From Acaryochloris marina S15 (lineage in GTDB: Bacteria; Cyanobacteriota; Cyanobacteriia; Thermosynechococcales; Thermosynechococcaceae), in contig NZ_CP064921.1 of assembly GCF_018336915.1 (NCBI RefSeq), positions 60,001 through 92,000 of the forward strand: a stretch of DNA of 32,000 nucleotides. Reading direction: 5' to 3'. The translations under genes and the position numbers were made by a program. This document shows positions 24,560-32,000 of the stretch, piece by piece (position 1 is the stretch's first letter; every line of letters starts with the position of its first letter). The notes beneath the pieces were generated by a model, which searched no databases, was not told the origin of the DNA, and saw only the letters and a program-made list of their open reading frames with translations.

Positions 24560-27500
24560 ATGCCTAGCTTTCATCGCTATAGCAACCGTAACGGCAATAT
24601 CTGTCCCATCTGCAATGGCTCACGGGGCAAGCCTGACTGTAGAAAATCCTTTAACCCTTCTGACGCCGAAGACTCAGGCATCTACTTTTGTCGAGGCACT
24701 GACACCCAGAGCGGTTACCACTTCGTTGGTTTCGACACCAACGGCTTCGGCATGTTTGTCACAGAGACAGCCCGAAATGCCCAGAGCCAAGACCAATGGC
24801 AGAAGAAGAATCTAGAACGCCAAGCCCGCCAGGAAGCTGAGCGCCAAGCCAAACTAGCCAAGCTCTTACCCACCCCAGAACGAGATCGGCACTTCCGCAG
24901 AATCGCCACCAATGCGGGCCTGGGTTCTCGTCATCGTCAGCATCTCCAAGAGAAACGGGAACTTACGAATGAGCAGATTGATATCGCCATTGAGCAAAAC
25001 CTATTCTGGACTTGGCAAGACAATGCCCAGATACCAGGCTTGCCCCTGAACCTCCCTGGCATCAATCCATCTACGGGCAAGCTACGGAAGTATTACCAAG
25101 GAATGGGTATTGCAATCCCAAATGTCCACGGTGAAATTGTTGGCGCACAAATCAAGCCTGATTTTGGCAGTAATTATTTTTGGGTTTCCTCTGACAGTGA
25201 CAAACTAGACATTCCCGGTGCTGGCCCACACCTCCCCAACGGAGAGCAGCCCATCGCCGTTCACAAAGTCTCGGGTTCAACTACCGTGGGACTGGTAGAC
25301 TCGGTAACCTTCAAACCCTTCCTCGCAAGCCAGAGACTAGGAATCTCCTTCATAGGAGCCGCAGGGAATAACTTTGCCTCTAGTCCCGAAACATTGAAAG
25401 AGACTCTAGACGAACTGGCTCCTGAAACCATCATCTTTTACCCGGATGCTGGCGATATTTCCAACCCCCACATCACCAAAGCCATCGAGAAAACCGTTAC
25501 CCTGGTTGAGGAGTGGGGATACAACCTAATCGTTGCCTGGTGGGGGCAAGTCTCCTACGACGATGACTGCGACATCGATGAGCTTCCCTTAGACCAAATT
25601 GACCAGATCCAGCACCTTACCCCTACGGCCTATCTACAACTCGCCCAAGCTGCGATTCAAGACCAGTGGAGAATCCAGCAGGAGAAACAGGCTCGAAAAA
25701 CCTGGGATAAATCCCGGCAATACACCCCCACCCAAATCATTGATGAGCAATGGTTTACCGCCAATCCCCAAGATTTAGCAGAAGCTGATATCTATGCTCT
25801 TAAGTCGGCAATGGGCACGGGCAAGACTGAATGGTTACGCCAATACTTTGACAGCGTAGATATTGGAGCCGTCGCGATCGGGCATCGGAATTCTTTGCTC
25901 CTCCAGTCCTGTGAGCGCTGGCCCAATTTCTATCATCTACACTCAGACTCAGCCCATCAGCTCGTGGCAGATCCCCATTCTCGGATTGCCTGCTGTATCG
26001 ATTCCCTCAGCCGCTTTGAAGATAAAGACTTTGAAGGTAAAGTGCTTGTCCTAGACGAGAGCCTGAGCGTCGTCCTCCATAGCCTTATGAGTGGCACCCT
26101 TATCGGCAGGCGGGACCATTGCCTAGCCAAGCTCCAATCTGCGATTGAGAGTGCCGCCCTGGTGATTCCAATGGACGGCAATAACTCTGATGTCGTCGTG
26201 GATTACCTGGCTCAATTACGAGGTGGGGGAAAAGTCGTTAAAGTTCTCAATACCTTCCAACGGAAGACGTTGCGGATTGAACTACTCGACAAAACCTATA
26301 CCAGTAAGGGTAAAGCCATTGACGAGAGATCGCCTGTTCTCCAGCTTGCCCTGGACACCCTAGTTTCTTTGGATCAATCTCCTGAACACTGCGCCCGGTC
26401 CATCGTGCTGTTTAGTGACTCCCAACGCCAATGCCAGATTGCAGAAGAAATCTTTGAGATGCACGGCTATTCTACTTTGCGGGTGGATTCTAAAACATCT
26501 GCCAGTACAGAGGTTAAGGATTTCCTCAAAGATCCAGACGCTTATCTAGAAGAAACTCAACCACGGGTTCTGATCTACAGTCCCACGGCTGAGAGTGGCC
26601 TGAGTGTAGGTATCAAGAACTATTTCTATAAAGGGTTTGGCCTCTTCTTTGGGGTACTGCCGATCTCCAGCATGACCCAGATGATGCAGCGGGTCCGTGA
26701 CCTGGGGGAGATTGCTATCTGGTGCCGCAAGTATGCCTTTAGTGAAGAGTATGACGGCAATCGCTCTCCCTTTCCCAAACGAGTCAGAGAGCTGATGATG
26801 GACTACATTCAAGCCGATGCCATCGCCTCAATGACCGGGACAGATCGGGAAGCAGCCACCCAACAATGGTTTCAAAAGCTACTGCAAGCCCTCGATGACC
26901 CCCACCTAACCACACACAATATCCTGGCTGCGGCCCTTAACTATGAACAGCAGCACACATGGGACTGTCTCAAGGCTGTCCTGATCGAGGCAGGTCACCA
27001 TGTCGCCATCATCGACAAACTGCAATCAGATCATCTCAAAGCTCAGTCCACAGAAATCAGAGAACGCATCCTAGACACGGATGCCGCCACTATTTATGAC
27101 GCAAAGGACATCACGATGGAAGCTGCCATACGCATCAAGTCTCGCTGGAGTTCAAGCTTAGACGAGCGCTGGAGCTGTGAGAAAGCATTTCTGCAACATC
27201 GGCTCCCTGGTATCCAACTTACGGAAATTTGGGGACCAGAGCTAATCAAAGAGCTGCTATTCAAGAACCGTACTCTTATCCCATCCCTGGAACGTTGGTG
27301 GCTACTCAATCACATGGACGCAGCCCAAGAACGCAGTAGAACACGCTGGGAGCAACTGATGGAGCAAGAACAATCCCCTTTTCTCCCAGATATCCGCAGT
27401 GACTTTGCCATGCTCCAAGCCATGCAGGACATTGGCTTACTCCGACTATTTGAAGGGGAGACAGCCCTCAATGAAAACTCAGAGCTGATTCAAGAGATTT

Positions 27501-28135
27501 ACAAAAAATGCAAACGTCGAAAGATATCCACAGCCTTACGCCGAAGAGTGGGACGACAAGGATCGATGGAGTTTGTAGCACGACTCGCCAAGCTGATTGG
27601 AGGCACCACCCAAGCTGAGCAGAGTTGGGTTAGGGATGAGAACCGAGGAAAGCGTAGTTATCTCTTCCATCCCCCTGAGATAAATGAGGTCAAAACCGTC
27701 CTCTTGGCCTGTATTGACCAGAGATTAAATAAGTATTGCTCAGAATCTGCTGAAACTACTGATAGCAAAGGGGAAGAAGCGGCAACAGCTATAGCCCAAA
27801 ATTGTATAGATATAGGGGATGTTGTAGCCAATAAAATGGATTTAGATCCATTGGATGATGTAGAGAGTGTCACGTCAGAGAATGAAGTGATTCCATTCCC
27901 CTTGAATTCCTCATCGGTTCCTATAGAAAGGGGGAATGTCGTCTGTAGGACGAGCGACGGCTCAAGGTTTCGGGTCAAGAGCATCACTGATGGGCGGGCC
28001 TGGCTGCAATGGTTGGATCAGTTCTCGCCCAAGGTTGATATCCTTGTACCGCTGGAAGAACTGGAACTACTTCCCGGTCCTGGGATACGTGGGAGTTACA
28101 GGTCAAATGAGCAGTTCCCAGGGGCAACAGGGTGA
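24560..28135 (+). CDS. Large replication-type protein with an N-terminal Cys4 zinc finger, a Toprim/primase-like central region and a P-loop NTPase (helicase-like) domain
   Basis: CPICNG...CRKS...YFCRG (aa 15-44). An acidic FYPDAGD motif (aa 293-299) follows GISFIGAAGNNF. Walker A SAMGTGKT (aa 416-423, nt ~25805) and Walker B VLVLDES (aa 495-501, nt ~26042). GGGAG lies 7 nt upstream of the ATG. Confidence 0.8.
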   Translation: MPSFHRYSNRNGNICPICNGSRGKPDCRKSFNPSDAEDSGIYFCRGTDTQSGYHFVGFDTNGFGMFVTETARNAQSQDQWQKKNLERQARQEAERQAKLAKLLPTPERDRHFRRIATNAGLGSRHRQHLQEKRELTNEQIDIAIEQNLFWTWQDNAQIPGLPLNLPGINPSTGKLRKYYQGMGIAIPNVHGEIVGAQIKPDFGSNYFWVSSDSDKLDIPGAGPHLPNGEQPIAVHKVSGSTTVGLVDSVTFKPFLASQRLGISFIGAAGNNFASSPETLKETLDELAPETIIFYPDAGDISNPHITKAIEKTVTLVEEWGYNLIVAWWGQVSYDDDCDIDELPLDQIDQIQHLTPTAYLQLAQAAIQDQWRIQQEKQARKTWDKSRQYTPTQIIDEQWFTANPQDLAEADIYALKSAMGTGKTEWLRQYFDSVDIGAVAIGHRNSLLLQSCERWPNFYHLHSDSAHQLVADPHSRIACCIDSLSRFEDKDFEGKVLVLDESLSVVLHSLMSGTLIGRRDHCLAKLQSAIESAALVIPMDGNNSDVVVDYLAQLRGGGKVVKVLNTFQRKTLRIELLDKTYTSKGKAIDERSPVLQLALDTLVSLDQSPEHCARSIVLFSDSQRQCQIAEEIFEMHGYSTLRVDSKTSASTEVKDFLKDPDAYLEETQPRVLIYSPTAESGLSVGIKNYFYKGFGLFFGVLPISSMTQMMQRVRDLGEIAIWCRKYAFSEEYDGNRSPFPKRVRELMMDYIQADAIASMTGTDREAATQQWFQKLLQALDDPHLTTHNILAAALNYEQQHTWDCLKAVLIEAGHHVAIIDKLQSDHLKAQSTEIRERILDTDAATIYDAKDITMEAAIRIKSRWSSSLDERWSCEKAFLQHRLPGIQLTEIWGPELIKELLFKNRTLIPSLERWWLLNHMDAAQERSRTRWEQLMEQEQSPFLPDIRSDFAMLQAMQDIGLLRLFEGETALNENSELIQEIYKKCKRRKISTALRRRVGRQGSMEFVARLAKLIGGTTQAEQSWVRDENRGKRSYLFHPPEINEVKTVLLACIDQRLNKYCSESAETTDSKGEEAATAIAQNCIDIGDVVANKMDLDPLDDVESVTSENEVIPFPLNSSSVPIERGNVVCRTSDGSRFRVKSITDGRAWLQWLDQFSPKVDILVPLEELELLPGPGIRGSYRSNEQFPGATG

Positions 28136-28340
28136 TTGTGGTGAGCCAATGGTGTTGGTATCAGGGATACGAAATATTGGTAGATACTGAAGCTTCAATA
28201 TTATTTTAAAAATTGGATAATCAGCCGTTTCTTTTTGCGGTTGTTTCGCTTGCAATCTCCTCTCTTTTTTGAGTTGCTAGAGCTACCTTCTCTAAGCATC
28301 AATAGTTGTTAGCTTGGTGTTCTTCTTGAGATATGCATCT

Positions 28341-28371
28341 CCTGAAAAGTATTTATAGAAATACTTTCAGG
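28341..28371. repeat. AT-rich hairpin in the long non-coding stretch downstream of the replication-type gene
   Basis: cctgaaaagtattt-atag-aaatactttcagg: 13 bp with one bulged A. Confidence 0.7.
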
Positions 28372-28655
28372 CTTTGTCTTTCAGTGATTCTTGTTGAAAA
28401 TACTCGCAATTGTAACCGATTGTATCTTTTGCTTTGACGTGCTTCCTGGGTAGGCGCTACAGTACGTGCAGATAAATAAATCGACTATTCCTTCACCTAA
28501 GTTTTTTACTTTAGTACTTCCACTACCGCCCAAGAAAACAGCAAAGGTTATATCTTTGCCAGGTTTACTTTTTAAAAGTCAAATCTAACGGGAATTTTTA
28601 ATAACGTTCCTGTTGTGTGTTTCATCGCTGAACCGTATTCAAGTATAAAAACAAC

Positions 28656-28689
28656 CACGGTCTGTCAAGTACCACCGAGCCAGACCGTG
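28656..28689. promoter_or_regulatory. 9-bp inverted repeat just upstream of ORF 28718
   Basis: cacggtctg (28656..28664), a 16-nt spacer, then cagaccgtg (28681..28689). It lies 14 nt upstream of the AAGGAGA Shine-Dalgarno. Confidence 0.35.
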
Positions 28690-28717
28690 ATCTACTCCCC
28701 TATAAGGAGATAATTTC

Positions 28718-29140
28718 ATGTTAATTGTTAATCCCCAAAAGGTCACTGTTGTTCCAGTGCCCAATCTCAACGCTGTGTCTCCAGACGAGGCGACAGAAGT
28801 CTATCAGCAGCAGTATCGAGAGACGTATGTTGAATTGGCAATCCAAGCGCAAGAGAGCTTGGGCTTACCAGTATTAAGAACTTTTGGAGAACTCTTCAAA
28901 CTGGGCTGCACCGATCCAGAACTCAGTAGCTCCATTGATCAAGAAATAGCCCACAACCCAATACTCAGCGATTGGCCAATGCAGGATCAAGACTGCATTG
29001 GTTTGATCTCGCAAGGTCCATACGTTCAATCCCAGATTAATTTTCATGGTGTTCCCGTGCAGGATGTCATGCAATACGTTTGCGACCTGTTTCGTGAAAT
29101 GCCTGATACTGATGCCGTTCTAGACGATATCGCTGCATAA
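28718..29140 (+). CDS. Acidic hypothetical protein
   Basis: 140-aa ORF with a strong SD (AAGGAGA 7 nt upstream). It is Asp/Glu/Gln-rich with no recognisable motif. Confidence 0.65.
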   Translation: MLIVNPQKVTVVPVPNLNAVSPDEATEVYQQQYRETYVELAIQAQESLGLPVLRTFGELFKLGCTDPELSSSIDQEIAHNPILSDWPMQDQDCIGLISQGPYVQSQINFHGVPVQDVMQYVCDLFREMPDTDAVLDDIAA

Positions 29141-29383
29141 GTGTGTGGCTTCTCCCGAAGCTGATCAAAAAGGCATCCATGTAGACTCTCAGCTCAGTGT
29201 TGATAGTACTTATACGGATTTGATCAATACCCTTACTTGATTTGGGGTGAGCGTCTGCTTTGATGTCTCTAAATGCACCTTCAACCCTTTAGCACTGACC
29301 GATATTAGCTAGATACGGGAAGCGCCAAATACTTTTAAAACACCTTCTCACCCACTCCACACCCTCATTCGGAGTAAAGACCT

Positions 29384-30814
29384 ATGATCCACGGCACTGG
29401 GCTGCGACCACCACCCGACATCATCGCTACTATGGCGCGATACCCTGACCTCTCTCCAGAGCGGGAAGCTGAGCTGATTATTAAAGCTCAAAACGGGGAT
29501 TATGAAGCTAGACAAACCGTGATTTACTCTAATCTTGCCTGGATCTGCTCTAGGGGAGGGCAATTTTCCCGTAAAGGTATAGATGATGGCGAGTTGATTA
29601 ATGAGGGGTATTGGGGATTAAATCGAGCGATTGATCAATGGGATTCTGAAAAAGGTGCCAATATACGCACCTATAGCGAAAGAAAGATCTATAAGTTTCA
29701 GTCAGAGGCCATCCGTCAAAAACATCATATTCGACTGCCTAAATCAACCTATGAGCAGCTTTCCAAGCTCAAGAAAGCAACCGATTTTTTGGGGGAGGGT
29801 GCGACTGTTGCCCAGCTAGCAGAAACAACCGAGATTAAAGAGAAGCGAATCAGGACATTACAAGAGATTTCTCAGCCTGTTTCCCTGAATAGTGTCACGG
29901 GGGAGCGGGAGAATCTTGAGCTATTGGATCAGCAAGCAGACGATTGCCAAGGAAGCCTCGATCCCGCTCTCTCTTCAGAACTATTAGATTTAGTTGACAG
30001 GCTACATCCTCGACAGCGAGAAATTTTACACCTGTACCACTGGGAGGAGCTGTCATTCCAAAAGATTAGTGATTTTCTGGGGCTACCTGCAAAAAAGGTT
30101 CGGAAAACCTACAAGCAAGCTTTAGAACTTCTGCGGAAGTTCCTTCAAGGTGAGATTAACGAATTTCCAGCTCTCCCCCTACTAGAATGGCGCAATTTTG
30201 TCTTTGCCAAAATCTTTCTAGCAACTGGATTATCTCAAATATTTAATATCGTCGTTACTCAACTAAAACGACTGAAAAACCTTCATCGAAATAACCACAC
30301 TGGACTAGTCCAGTCACAACTGACAGTATCTCAAGGCTCTACAGAGGTATTGCCAGAATCAGATCGTGAAATTGATACTCAGAGTCTAACTGAACTCTCA
30401 GCACAACATTCTCCTTGGTATCAAAGGTTATGGCATTTTGTGAATCGTGGAAAGTCACTTGATTCACGAGTAAGTATTCATCAGATTGATTCAGGAGGTT
30501 TGAGGGATGGCCCGAAATGTCTTTTGGACTATTTTTGGCATGGCATTAACTGTATTGCTCAATTCCTGGGGTATTGGCCCGGATCGCCTCGCGGAGTTGA
30601 TCAACACCGATGCCGCAGCGGAGATCGTTGGCGATGTCGGGGAAAAACTGAAAGACGTTACCAAAAAAAGAAGGTAGAACTGAGGATTCATCCCATGATT
30701 CCTTTGGCTCACCGTCATCAATCTTCAAGGAAAAAGACAAAGACAAAAATAGAATATTGCAATTCAATTAGACCATTTTCAAGGCATTTAATTTATCAGT
30801 TGAAAGCTGGCTAA
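29384..30814 (+). CDS. Sigma-70 family RNA polymerase sigma factor (regions 2-4 in aa ~25-255) with a ~220-aa C-terminal extension
   Basis: Region 2: ARQTVIYSNLAWI...INEGYWGLNRAIDQWDSEKGANIRTYSERKIYKFQSEAIR. Region 3: ATVAQLAETTEIKEKRIRTL. Region 4: RQREILHLYHWEELSFQKISDFLGLPAKKVRKTYKQALELLRK. GGAG lies 9 nt upstream of the ATG. Confidence 0.8.
   Translation: MIHGTGLRPPPDIIATMARYPDLSPEREAELIIKAQNGDYEARQTVIYSNLAWICSRGGQFSRKGIDDGELINEGYWGLNRAIDQWDSEKGANIRTYSERKIYKFQSEAIRQKHHIRLPKSTYEQLSKLKKATDFLGEGATVAQLAETTEIKEKRIRTLQEISQPVSLNSVTGERENLELLDQQADDCQGSLDPALSSELLDLVDRLHPRQREILHLYHWEELSFQKISDFLGLPAKKVRKTYKQALELLRKFLQGEINEFPALPLLEWRNFVFAKIFLATGLSQIFNIVVTQLKRLKNLHRNNHTGLVQSQLTVSQGSTEVLPESDREIDTQSLTELSAQHSPWYQRLWHFVNRGKSLDSRVSIHQIDSGGLRDGPKCLLDYFWHGINCIAQFLGYWPGSPRGVDQHRCRSGDRWRCRGKTERRYQKKKVELRIHPMIPLAHRHQSSRKKTKTKIEYCNSIRPFSRHLIYQLKAG
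30507..30677 (+). CDS. Candidate 56-aa small membrane protein, out of frame inside the tail of the sigma ORF
   Basis: GGAGG (30494..30498) lies 8 nt upstream of the ATG. Translation: MARNVFWTIFGMALTVLLNSWGIGPDRLAELINTDAAAEIVGDVGEKLKDVTKKRR. It has one hydrophobic helix and ordinary composition, whereas the overlapping sigma-frame translation is Cys/Trp/Arg-rich. Confidence 0.35.
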   Translation: MARNVFWTIFGMALTVLLNSWGIGPDRLAELINTDAAAEIVGDVGEKLKDVTKKRR

Positions 30815-30942
30815 GTCATGGCATTAAGTTAGTTTGATTGGCTGTTCTAATTTGACTATTGTTATTCATCTTCTAGTTCTTAAATTTTTGGAAACTGATT
30901 CATTGAATCATTATTCCTCATCGTTTATTTCGAGTAATTATC

Positions 30943-31890
30943 ATGTACAAATCAATCCCTTTGGCCTTGTTGATGGCCACTGTGCCCGCTATGGTGCGGG
31001 CGCAGGCGACACCCGTTATTGAAATCTCGGAAGGACATGGGCATACCTTCACGATTGAAGGCTCCCAAGCCCGGATCGTCAAGGCTTGGCCTGGAATGTT
31101 CGAGGCATTTGATTTTGGTGAACATCCAAAGATTCCGAATGCCAAATTTATCTTTGTCAAACTCAAGCCAGGGGCCAAGCTGAACAGTACCACCCTCACC
31201 CTGATTATTGATGATGGTCTGGGTAAGGAAACGACCAAATCCTATATCCTCAAGCGAGTCAAAGGGATTCCCAATCAGACCACGACCTTGATTGGGAATC
31301 AGCCTGCCTATGCCGCTCAGCCTCAGCCCGTCACTGCCACAAACGTCTTTTCTCCTCCACCTAGGCTCGATAAGCAGATCAAAAAAGAGAAGAAAGGCAA
31401 GAAACCTAAGAACTTAACGGTTTCTAGTGAGTTTAGCAGTGCTTTCTCACCGGGGTTTGCTGCGCCCAAGGCAGATGATGACTCCAAGCCAGTTAAAGAG
31501 CCTGCACCTGAAGAGAAAGAGGACTCTGACGACGTACCCGATCTGATTGAGCCAACCCCTCAAGCGCAAGCTGAAGAACCTCCGTCCGAGCCATTACCCC
31601 TGATCCGCGCACCGAAGACCCTCCAGGCTAAGGCGACGGTGGAAACTCCATCAGAAAAGCAGCTGATCGAGCGATCTAGTCTGGATAACTATGGAATTGC
31701 CCGCCACCTAATGAATGGACTCTACCGGGCGCAGAATCTCAAACAAATCAACCGTTCTAAAGATGCATATTGGCAGACTCAATCAATGGTGCGATTGCTA
31801 CGCCGAGGCGAAAGTATCGATAAGTCATTGAGGCTATCAGGATTACCAGCTGTAACTTTTAACAACCTCTTAGGTCATGGAGCAGGGTAA
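30943..31890 (+). CDS. Secreted hypothetical protein (signal peptide, beta-rich N-domain, acidic Pro/Glu linker, basic C-domain)
   Basis: Signal peptide MYKSIPLALLMATVPAMVRAQA. Linker KEPAPEEKEDSDDVPDLIEPTPQAQAEEPPSEP. Family not recognised. Confidence 0.7.
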   Translation: MYKSIPLALLMATVPAMVRAQATPVIEISEGHGHTFTIEGSQARIVKAWPGMFEAFDFGEHPKIPNAKFIFVKLKPGAKLNSTTLTLIIDDGLGKETTKSYILKRVKGIPNQTTTLIGNQPAYAAQPQPVTATNVFSPPPRLDKQIKKEKKGKKPKNLTVSSEFSSAFSPGFAAPKADDDSKPVKEPAPEEKEDSDDVPDLIEPTPQAQAEEPPSEPLPLIRAPKTLQAKATVETPSEKQLIERSSLDNYGIARHLMNGLYRAQNLKQINRSKDAYWQTQSMVRLLRRGESIDKSLRLSGLPAVTFNNLLGHGAG

Positions 31891-32000
31891 GCGCAAGAAA
31901 ATCAAGCCTCTGAAAGGCTAGACTGTAAAGGAATAGAAGCGCCTAGAACTTTGAGCATATACGCTTCATCCATGCTCGCCCGTTTTAGTTTTTGACGGGT

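Noticed and set aside
28296-28312. The 9-mer AGTTGTTAG shared with the 22016..22083 palindrome arm
   Set aside because: A single 9-nt match in 32 kb (both strands) is close to chance expectation. It is mentioned only as a hint within the palindrome finding.
30491-30767. Minus-strand ORFs 30491..30721 and 30546..30767
   Set aside because: They are antisense to the sigma ORF tail and the candidate small ORF, with no start context and an unconvincing sequence.
1-32000. CRISPR arrays, rRNA, tRNA, tmRNA, reverse transcriptase/retron or integrase genes
   Set aside because: I looked for regularly spaced repeats, conserved rRNA/tRNA stems, YxDD RT motifs and tyrosine or serine recombinase motifs in all listed ORFs, and found none.

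Overview
The window looks cyanobacterial. Evidence: an RpaB-like OmpR regulator, an RRM-type Rbp protein, a DUF2811-like ORF and one HIP1 GCGATCGC palindrome. It splits into three parts. (1) 1-2750 is a rearranged edge. An IS4/Tn5-like transposase gene runs off the left end and carries a frameshift. It abuts a hicB antitoxin fragment. Two diverged copies of a small ORF flank an AT-rich two-gene cassette. (2) 2800-18900 is backbone-like: an OmpR-type response regulator; an RNB exoribonuclease with C-terminal dsRBDs; a class A PBP; a four-gene non-canonical chaperone operon (TPR, HPD-less J-like, GrpE-like, short Hsp70); a lysine-rich H1-like protein; CpXC, SPFH and stand-alone dsRBD proteins; and an RRM protein. 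(3) 19200-32000 is accessory or plasmid-like. It starts with a strongly AT-rich island (about 19200-22790) holding a tight minus-strand operon (HTH/unknown, PPC/DUF296, CN-hydrolase), a perfect 28-bp inverted repeat and a first ParB/Srx-like ORF. Next come a second ParB/Srx paralog fused to a catalytically degenerate methyltransferase-like tail, a predicted ~118-nt small RNA with a palindrome-embedded promoter, and a 1191-aa Zn-finger/Toprim-like/P-loop replication-type protein. The part ends with a long non-coding hairpin-rich stretch, an acidic ORF, a sigma-70 family factor with a ~220-aa C-terminal extension, and a secreted protein. I found no rRNA, tRNA or CRISPR array. All calls come from reading motifs in the supplied translations and sequence. 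No database search was possible, so family names are recollection-based. The most promising leads are the replicon-control region (24300-24570), the ParB/Srx pair, the AT-rich three-gene operon and the HPD-less Hsp70 module.
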